Position numbers and translations under genes: made by a program
Notes under the pieces: generated by a model
What the model saw: the letters and a program-made list of their open reading frames with translations, nothing else
Told to the model about the DNA's origin: nothing
The model's database searches: none
Source of the DNA: a virus
Lineage: Duplodnaviria > Caudoviricetes
Strand: one strand, 5' to 3'
Virus record (IMG/VR): IMGVR_UViG_3300017716_002789
Coordinates: 1-24,094 of that record
Length of the DNA: 24,094 nt
Shown here: positions 1 through 5,589 of the stretch, in pieces
Numbering within the stretch: the stretch's first letter is position 1
How the letters are laid out: every line of letters starts with the position of its first letter

Positions 1-654
1 CTTCTCGACATAGTTGGCGACCGTACAGGCCCCGGTCGTCATCTGGTGGGCATAGCCGAGGCCGGAGGTCAGCGACGGCACCGAGGCGAGCTGGACCTTG
101 GCATGGGGAAAGACGCCGAACTTTCCCCGGGCCAGCGTCTCGAGACCCGACAGCGGTTTCACCGCGGTCGGCAGGGTGTTCATCTTGGCGAAGAAGATCA
201 GGGGGCCGAGGTCGACGTTCTCATGCTCGAGATACGGTTGGACCTCCGACCGGAACGCCGCCGTCCGCGTCGCATGGTCCTCATACAGCCCCTTCTGATA
301 GGTGAAGCCACCCACCAGAATGCGTGCCCCGATGGCCAGCGCATAGGCCTGCAGGTTCATCCAGAACCCGGCGTGAACGTCCGTGTCGTCCTGGGCGGCC
401 GTCAGCAGGAACCGCTGGACCATCGGCGCGGCGGCCGGGCGGCTGGGGGTCTGGCCTTTCTGCATCCGGCGCTTGGCCCGCCGGACCGCGTGTCCGACCG
501 TGTCGTGCGCCAGCTTCTCGGCCCGCTCAGCCTTTCGGGCACCGCCATGCTTGTTGGCCAGGTCGATCAGCTCCGCCTCACGGGCGGTCGCATGGGCCTT
601 CAGCGACGGATCGACGGCATATCCATCGTTCGGCGGGACAAACGAAAGGGCCAT
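1..654 (-). CDS. T5 A1-like protein, N-terminal 218 aa (runs off the window edge)
   Basis: Hand-translated. ATG at 654, 27 bp after the Rz stop, and open to base 1. MALSFVPP...RFLLTAAQDDTDVHAGFWMNLQAYALAIGARILVGGFTYQKG...FFAKMNTLPTAVKPLSG...HAKVQLASVPSL...MTTGACTVANYVEK. The motif series matches my recollection of T5 A1. Not in the ORF track because there is no stop in the window. Confidence 0.75.
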   Translation of the reverse strand, partial: MALSFVPPNDGYAVDPSLKAHATAREAELIDLANKHGGARKAERAEKLAHDTVGHAVRRAKRRMQKGQTPSRPAAAPMVQRFLLTAAQDDTDVHAGFWMNLQAYALAIGARILVGGFTYQKGLYEDHATRTAAFRSEVQPYLEHENVDLGPLIFFAKMNTLPTAVKPLSGLETLARGKFGVFPHAKVQLASVPSLTSGLGYAHQMTTGACTVANYVEK

Positions 655-681
655 GATTCAATCCCGGAAGCGGAAGAGGGC

Positions 682-1224
682 CTAGTCCGCCTGGTCCCAG
701 GCGGCGCGCTGTTCAGTGTACCAGTCCTGCCAGCCCTTCAGGCGGGCGCGGTCGTCTGCGCAGCCGGCATAGTTCCCGGCGACGGTGTCGGCGACGGCAG
801 AGAGCGGAACGCCGCTGGGGGCGTCAGCAGGCTCCCCGGGACGGTCGGAAAGGGCTGGCGCGGCACCGCCGGCGGCGGCGGCGTCGTGCAGGCGCACAAA
901 GCCGACAGGCACAGGATAGTCGCGATCAATCTCAGGGGTGACATAGACGGGGATCCTTTCGGTGATGGTCCGATAGACGACGCGGGTCTCGGCACGGACG
1001 GCCTCGACCGCCTGGCCGACGTCCTGAGTGATGGTGGCTGCCTGCTGGGTGCGCTCCCCGACCCGGATTGCGCCGCGCAGATCCGCCTGCGCCTGCCTGA
1101 GCGCAGCCTCGGCCGCCATCCAGTCGCGGACCTTCCAGGTCCCGGCCGCGCCGAGCGTCAGCCCGATCATCAGCACGGCGACATAGCCCTTCCAGCCCGC
1201 GAGGGCGGCGACGATGCGCTTCAT
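682..1224 (-). CDS. Rz: i-spanin (Rz-like), 180 aa
   Basis: Start re-assigned to ATG 1224 (MKRIVAAL), just after the endolysin stop. N-terminal TM segment, Ala/Gln-rich helical region, C-terminal Cys (NYAGC). Contains an embedded lipoprotein gene. Confidence 0.85.
   Translation of the reverse strand: MKRIVAALAGWKGYVAVLMIGLTLGAAGTWKVRDWMAAEAALRQAQADLRGAIRVGERTQQAATITQDVGQAVEAVRAETRVVYRTITERIPVYVTPEIDRDYPVPVGFVRLHDAAAAGGAAPALSDRPGEPADAPSGVPLSAVADTVAGNYAGCADDRARLKGWQDWYTEQRAAWDQAD
738..944 (-). CDS. Rz1: o-spanin lipoprotein (Rz1-like), 68 aa, fully embedded in Rz in another frame
   Basis: ATG 944: MSPLRLIATILCLSALCAC is a signal peptide with a lipobox (LCA/C), followed by a Pro-rich mature region. 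Confidence 0.8.
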   Translation of the reverse strand: MSPLRLIATILCLSALCACTTPPPPAVPRQPFPTVPGSLLTPPAAFRSLPSPTPSPGTMPAAQTTAPA

Positions 1225-1226
1225 GC

Positions 1227-1829
1227 TCAGACCCCTTCCAGCAGCACATAGGGGATGACCTCGCTGCGCCAGTCCTCGCCGAACAGCCGCTTGGCCTGAT
1301 CCGTCACGGTGGCGATGAAGGCCGGCCACTGCGACGGCGGGATGGTCTGGCAGCCTTCCGAGCTGGTGCCGTTGACGCCGCCCCGGTGGATGTTGATCCC
1401 GAACATGCCGCGATCCTCATAGGGCGGATCACCGTCGCGCGTGACCGTCACAGGCCCCGCGCGCTGGCACAGCGCCAGGTGCTGGCCCGGGGTGCCCGCA
1501 CGATGGATGTCGAGGCGATAAACCGGCCAGAAGCCCGGGTTCAGGCTGGCCATCCCCTTGGCCGCGCCGGTGTCCCGGCCCTTGCGATAGCCGCTCGGGT
1601 CGGTGTTGGCATTGAAGGCGATGAAGGCGTCCGGCGTGACGATGAACAGGGCGTCGTCATACATCGCCCGATCGTTCCGACCGACCGCCCCCAGGGTGTC
1701 GGCGTAATAGCCGCGCACGCCGACGATGGTCAGGTCGCTGGGCGGCAGGGCCGGATGGCGACGGGCCACCAGGGCCATCAGATCGGCGCGGGTCATGCGC
1801 GGTCGGGCGGCCGGCAAAGCAGCGGTCAT
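1227..1829 (-). CDS. putative endolysin with YkuD/L,D-transpeptidase-like His-Cys motif, 200 aa
   Basis: Lies between holin-like genes and spanins. Motif GINIHRGG..GTSSEGCQTI. ATG 1829 is preceded by a GGAG Shine-Dalgarno. Confidence 0.7.
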   Translation of the reverse strand: MTAALPAARPRMTRADLMALVARRHPALPPSDLTIVGVRGYYADTLGAVGRNDRAMYDDALFIVTPDAFIAFNANTDPSGYRKGRDTGAAKGMASLNPGFWPVYRLDIHRAGTPGQHLALCQRAGPVTVTRDGDPPYEDRGMFGINIHRGGVNGTSSEGCQTIPPSQWPAFIATVTDQAKRLFGEDWRSEVIPYVLLEGV

Positions 1830-1889
1830 GGGTCTCACTCCGGGGGGTTGGTTTGGGCGGTGCGAACGGCGGTCGCACGGCAATAAAAA

Positions 1890-1906
1890 GTAGTCTGCCG
1901 GACTAC
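1890..1906. promoter_or_regulatory. operator-like dyad 1 (GTAGTC-TGCCG-GACTAC), likely HigA site
   Basis: Perfect 6-bp inverted repeat with 5-bp spacer upstream of higB; same arms as the dyad at 1923. Confidence 0.7.
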
Positions 1907-1914
1907 GTTTTCGC

Positions 1915-1943
1915 TTGTGTTCTGTAGTCCATCAGACTACACA
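1915..1943 (+). promoter_or_regulatory. putative higBA promoter (TTGTGT-N17-TACACA) overlapped by operator-like dyad 2 (TGTAGTC-CATCA-GACTACA, 1923-1941)
   Basis: Sigma70-like spacing in an AT-richer intergenic stretch, 27 bp before the higB ATG. The dyad fills the spacer and overlaps the -10. Confidence 0.6.
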
Positions 1944-1970
1944 TAGTCATCAACGCAAGGGAACACGGCG

Positions 1971-2264
1971 ATGCAACTCAAGTCCGCAAAACACAAGGCG
2001 ATCAAGGCGATGCTGGCGGGAAACAACCGGCCCAAGGGTCTCGGCCCACGCGATGCCGCTCGCATCGAACAGCAGCTGCTGATGCTCGCCGCCTCGGCCA
2101 ACCTCGAACAGGTCGCCGCGTCGTTTCCGGGCTGGAACCTGCACCCGCTGAAAGGCCCGCTGGCCGGGAACTGGTCGCTGGACGTGACCGGCAACTGGCG
2201 CCTGATCTTCCGAATGGACCAGCCGGGCGTCATCACCGATCTGGACTACATGGACACCCATTAG
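1971..2264 (+). CDS. higB: HigB toxin (RelE superfamily, plasmid maintenance system killer type)
   Basis: 97 aa with motifs PGWNLHPLKG, WSLDVTGNWRLIF and C-terminal LDYMDTH. Toxin precedes antitoxin. Confidence 0.9.
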   Translation: MQLKSAKHKAIKAMLAGNNRPKGLGPRDAARIEQQLLMLAASANLEQVAASFPGWNLHPLKGPLAGNWSLDVTGNWRLIFRMDQPGVITDLDYMDTH

Positions 2265-2282
2265 AGGGGGCTTCGGCCCCCT
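2265..2282 (+). terminator. stem-loop between higB and higA (AGGGGGC-TTCG-GCCCCCT)
   Basis: 7-bp stem with cUUCGg tetraloop immediately after the higB stop. Followed by a pyrimidine run (TCCTTCCT), not a true U tract. Confidence 0.5.
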
Positions 2283-2310
2283 TCCTTCCTGTAGTCCGTT
2301 ACGCTACACA
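2281..2310 (+). promoter_or_regulatory. degenerate copy of the higB promoter/operator in front of higA (dyad 3: TGTAGTC-CGTTA-CGCTACA, 2290-2308)
   Basis: 22/30 identical to 1914-1943 without gaps, including TACACA in the same register. Confidence 0.55.
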
Positions 2311-2334
2311 CCTTTTCACGATCAGGAGCCCGCC

Positions 2335-2634
2335 ATGTTGAAGAACCCCTGCCACCCCGGCCACGTCATCCGCGACAATACCCTGCCCGCCTTCGGCCTC
2401 TCGGTCGCCGCGGCGGCCCGCGTGTTGCACACGGACCGTCTCAACCTGACCAAGATCCTCAACGGCGAGCGCGCGCTGTCGCCTGAGATGGCCCTGAAGC
2501 TCGACAAGGCGTTCGGGGTGGATGCTGAACTGATGATCAGCGCCCAGGCGCTCTATGATCTGGCCCAGGCCGAGCGCCGCAAGGAAGAGATCACCGCGCC
2601 GATTGAGCGTCAGACGCTGAAGGCTGCAGCCTAG
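2335..2634 (+). CDS. higA: HigA antitoxin (XRE-family HTH)
   Basis: 99 aa with NPCHPG, GLSVAAAARVL, ILNGERALSPEMALKLDKAFG and Q..YDL motifs. AGGAG Shine-Dalgarno upstream. Confidence 0.92.
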   Translation: MLKNPCHPGHVIRDNTLPAFGLSVAAAARVLHTDRLNLTKILNGERALSPEMALKLDKAFGVDAELMISAQALYDLAQAERRKEEITAPIERQTLKAAA

Positions 2635-2962
2635 ACCTCACCGCCGGGGCTGTTGGCGCGCTGACCGGCACGCCCGCTTCTGCCTGTCGCTGCAGCTGGC
2701 GGAACAGATTGACCCACAACGGGCCGCCGTACACGGCCAGGGCCGTCAGGATCACGACCTCGCCGCTGGATGCACGATAGCCGCTCAGGGTCACCGCCAC
2801 GGCATAGCTGCCCAGGACGGCGGAAAGGCAGAAGGTCGAATAACGCACGCAGCGCGGGGCGTCGGGCCAGCTGGTCATGCCCGGCTTCAACATCTGGGAT
2901 CTGAGACCCAGAAACACGGCGGCCAGAATGGCCATGCCGGCGGCGATCAGCGACAACAGCAT
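2591..2962 (-). CDS. membrane protein with about 3 TM segments; holin/antiholin candidate
   Basis: Three hydrophobic segments. TGATG coupling to the upstream gene. Its 3' end overlaps higA convergently by 44 bp. Confidence 0.6.
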   Translation of the reverse strand: MLLSLIAAGMAILAAVFLGLRSQMLKPGMTSWPDAPRCVRYSTFCLSAVLGSYAVAVTLSGYRASSGEVVILTALAVYGGPLWVNLFRQLQRQAEAGVPVSAPTAPAVRSRLQPSASDAQSAR

Positions 2963-3312
2963 CAGACGCCTCCCTGCTTGTCGGCCTCGGCCTTCGCCCG
3001 ATTGCGAAGGCCCTTCAGGGCAAACGGCAGGACCTCCCAGGTCACGGCACCGATGAAGAAGCCGATCGTCGGCAGGTCGCGCATCGAGGCCCAGGGGATG
3101 ACCCCCGCAACCGCCGGAGAGACCACGACCGCCGTCACCACCCCGCAGAGGGCGGCTGCCAGCACATTCAGCCCCGCGCGCAGGATATCCTTCTGCGTCA
3201 CATGGGCCCCGGTCATGAACAGGGTCACCAGGGTGAAAACCCCATAGACGAACGCACCAGCGAAGGCCGCCAGGGCCACGCGCACGCGCTCGGGGTCGAA
3301 CTCAGACATCAT
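2962..3312 (-). CDS. putative holin (3 TM, charged C-terminus)
   Basis: 116 aa, three hydrophobic helices, tail KGLRNRAKAEADKQGGV, first gene after the tail genes. Confidence 0.65.
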   Translation of the reverse strand: MMSEFDPERVRVALAAFAGAFVYGVFTLVTLFMTGAHVTQKDILRAGLNVLAAALCGVVTAVVVSPAVAGVIPWASMRDLPTIGFFIGAVTWEVLPFALKGLRNRAKAEADKQGGV

Positions 3313-3358
3313 GGCGGGTCACTCGCTTTCAGGGGTGGGCCGGTCAGGGATCCGGGAT

Positions 3359-3380
3359 CGGGAGGGCGCGCGCCCTCCCG
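3359..3380. other. perfect 22-bp palindrome/hairpin CGGGAGGGCGC|GCGCCCTCCCG
   Basis: Read directly. Lies 5 bp downstream of the stop of the 3386..4408 gene, at the tail/lysis boundary. No U tract. Confidence 0.6.
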
Positions 3381-3385
3381 GCCGA

Positions 3386-4408
3386 CTACGGCGAGATGAA
3401 CTCGATCTTCGAGACGTAGAGATCGCCCGTCGGTTCAAAGGCGGGCGAGGTGCGCGGGCGGGCGGTGTTGGTACCCGCGACGCCCGGAGTCGGGTTCCAG
3501 CGGAAGCCGCACAGATAGGCGTTGACCTTCAGAACGTCCGGACCCACCAACCGCTTGGCCGAGGTGCCGACGTACATCAGGGGCTGGTTGTAGGCCGCCC
3601 GCTCATGCCCATCCTTGTTTTCCATGCCCAGCATCATGGTCCACATCGAGTCGCTGGGGCTGAACGGAATATCGACCTCCACCCAGCCGCTGTCGCAGAT
3701 GTAGTTGACCGTTCGGTCGGCGATGATTCCCGCGTTTCCGGCTCCCAGTTTCCCCAGGATGTCGGTGTGGTTCATGGCGTTGACCAGCGGAAATGCGCCC
3801 GCACCGGCGTTGCCGGTCCCGATCCGGGGGTGGGAGTCCAGCTCGCCCTGCAGGTGCATGCCCAGCACGAAGTCTGACGGAAACGCCAGGTCCACAGCCC
3901 GCATGGTCAGGCGCATGATGTGGTTGGTCAGGTCCGTCGCGTTAGGATAGGCCACCTTGTCCACGAAAGGCCCGCCACCGTCAGAGGCCAACAGCGGGTG
4001 CCCCGTCGCGAAGCCTGTCTGAAGCAGCAGCAGCAGGTCATTGACGACCTTCATGTGGTTGTTGTCGTACTCGTACAGAGGTGCCATCAGCCCCGTCCTC
4101 ACCCAGGCACCCGCCGTCCGGACGTAGCGGCCGAACTCGGCACTGTTGATGGCGAAGCAATAGGCCACCGCGCCGTCGCCATAGGACCCGACGGCGGCGA
4201 CCATGTCAGCGTAGGCCGTTCCGCCGCCGCCACCTGCGAAAACAACCGTCGGCACCTCGGTCCCGAACGGGATACGGATGCAGGAAGTGCCGTCGAAGGT
4301 CACGCGCCCGACGACCGCCGGGGTGGAAAGCGTGCCGACCGGCGAGTGGAAATACTTGTTGACCTCGGCGTCCGTGGTCATCAGCGACGTGTGATAGGTG
4401 GTTGGCAT
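3386..4408 (-). CDS. hypothetical tail-associated / receptor-binding protein, 340 aa
   Basis: Codon-biased ORF in the fibre region. Beta-rich C-terminus ending DLYVSKIEF, reminiscent of a jelly-roll/carbohydrate-binding domain. No family recognised. Confidence 0.55.
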   Translation of the reverse strand: MPTTYHTSLMTTDAEVNKYFHSPVGTLSTPAVVGRVTFDGTSCIRIPFGTEVPTVVFAGGGGGTAYADMVAAVGSYGDGAVAYCFAINSAEFGRYVRTAGAWVRTGLMAPLYEYDNNHMKVVNDLLLLLQTGFATGHPLLASDGGGPFVDKVAYPNATDLTNHIMRLTMRAVDLAFPSDFVLGMHLQGELDSHPRIGTGNAGAGAFPLVNAMNHTDILGKLGAGNAGIIADRTVNYICDSGWVEVDIPFSPSDSMWTMMLGMENKDGHERAAYNQPLMYVGTSAKRLVGPDVLKVNAYLCGFRWNPTPGVAGTNTARPRTSPAFEPTGDLYVSKIEFISP

Positions 4409-4417
4409 GACGGACCC

Positions 4418-5524
4418 TTATCCGAAGGCTGCGATCTGAATGTTCCGGGCGGTGTAGAAGGTCCGGCGGTTGTCGTAGGCGCTGACGGATCCGTCGGAGG
4501 TCACCGTGTCGCCCTTCCAGTGGTCCTCGATGGTGAAATAGCCTCCAACGCCGTTGGGCCGACCGAAGAACAGCCGATGACCCGCCTTGACCGAGGTCGG
4601 GGCCAGAACCGTTCCATCCCGGTGTCTGACCTCGTAAGAGTCGGAGCCGTTGATGCCGTCCACCTCGAACAGCCATGAAAAGCCAGCGACCCCGTCGGAA
4701 TCGACCAACCAGACCATGACCGTGTCATCGCCCGTGTTGTTGGGCAGAACATAGCCGGGGGCCGCCGCCAGCTTGGCCGTGTTGTTCAGCCTCGGCTCGG
4801 TCAGCACCATTTTCGTCATCAGCCCACCGCCGCCAGCGGCACCCGTACTGGCCAGGCCGTCGACCAGCTGGAACTGCCCCGTCCGCGAACCGGTCCCGTG
4901 GTAATAGACGCTGAAGAAGCCATCGATCAGGATGTCGCCCGTGGTGACGATCGTGCTGCCGTCCGCGCGCTCCAGGTTGCGTTGGTCTCCGTCATTGACG
5001 CCGACTACGACGATGTTGACGCTGCCGGGAGCGTCAGCCGGGGCCTTGCCGTAGAACACCTGGTCCACACCGACGTTGACGACCGCATACCCGGCCTTGG
5101 GCGTCATCCGCCAATAGGAGCCGACCACGGCCACGTCGCATGGCACCCGCAGCGCGGCCGGGAAGACGTCGAATAGCCGCTGCCATCCCGCCGGGGATGC
5201 CGACCAGGTGAAATAGCCGCTGTTCTTGACCGTGCCGCCGACGACCGGATCCGTATGGGTACCCGTGTCGCCCAGCCCCACAAGCGCCAGGGTTCTCGCC
5301 GGCCGCGAAGTGTCCGCCGCCAGGGCGGTCCAGCTGGGATAGGCCTTGGCTCCAGTCGCGCTCTGAGCAATCAGCTGGCGGTCGATGACCCGTTCGTCGG
5401 CATTGGCCTGTACGAAGGCGCGGATATCCTGCCTTGAGGTCTTGTGGATCGGGCTGGACGGATCTCCGACCACGGCGCGGTCGCGCCAGGCGGTCAAGCC
5501 GGCTTCTAGCGAGGTATCGGTCAT
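4418..5524 (-). CDS. putative secondary tail fibre/spike protein, 368 aa
   Basis: Start re-assigned to ATG 5524 (MTDTSLEAG), with AGGA upstream. The upstream extension in the ORF track overlaps the fibre gene. N-terminal WRD...GDPSS..H...DIR and DTGTHTDPVVGGTV.NSG.F.W motifs resemble alphaproteobacterial phage tail appendage proteins. Confidence 0.6.
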   Translation of the reverse strand: MTDTSLEAGLTAWRDRAVVGDPSSPIHKTSRQDIRAFVQANADERVIDRQLIAQSATGAKAYPSWTALAADTSRPARTLALVGLGDTGTHTDPVVGGTVKNSGYFTWSASPAGWQRLFDVFPAALRVPCDVAVVGSYWRMTPKAGYAVVNVGVDQVFYGKAPADAPGSVNIVVVGVNDGDQRNLERADGSTIVTTGDILIDGFFSVYYHGTGSRTGQFQLVDGLASTGAAGGGGLMTKMVLTEPRLNNTAKLAAAPGYVLPNNTGDDTVMVWLVDSDGVAGFSWLFEVDGINGSDSYEVRHRDGTVLAPTSVKAGHRLFFGRPNGVGGYFTIEDHWKGDTVTSDGSVSAYDNRRTFYTARNIQIAAFG

Positions 5525-5589
5525 GGCAGTTCCTGCGGCAGGGAAACGGGCACGGCGGCAGTCTCGGCCGCCGCTGAAGAGGGTCGGCG

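Noticed and set aside
1971-1985. HigB and the gpG chaperone both begin MQLKS
   Set aside because: The codons differ (ATGCAACTCAAGTCC versus ATGCAGCTGAAGAGT) and similarity stops after five residues; treated as coincidence.
2843-2857. Possible fifth dyad copy, ACGCAC-GCA-GCGCGG
   Set aside because: Three mismatches and broken symmetry, which is expected by chance in GC-rich DNA.
3307-3312. Lambda S-type dual-start motif in the holin (ATG ATG)
   Set aside because: The two Met codons are adjacent with no intervening charged residue, so the holin/antiholin dual-start logic does not apply.
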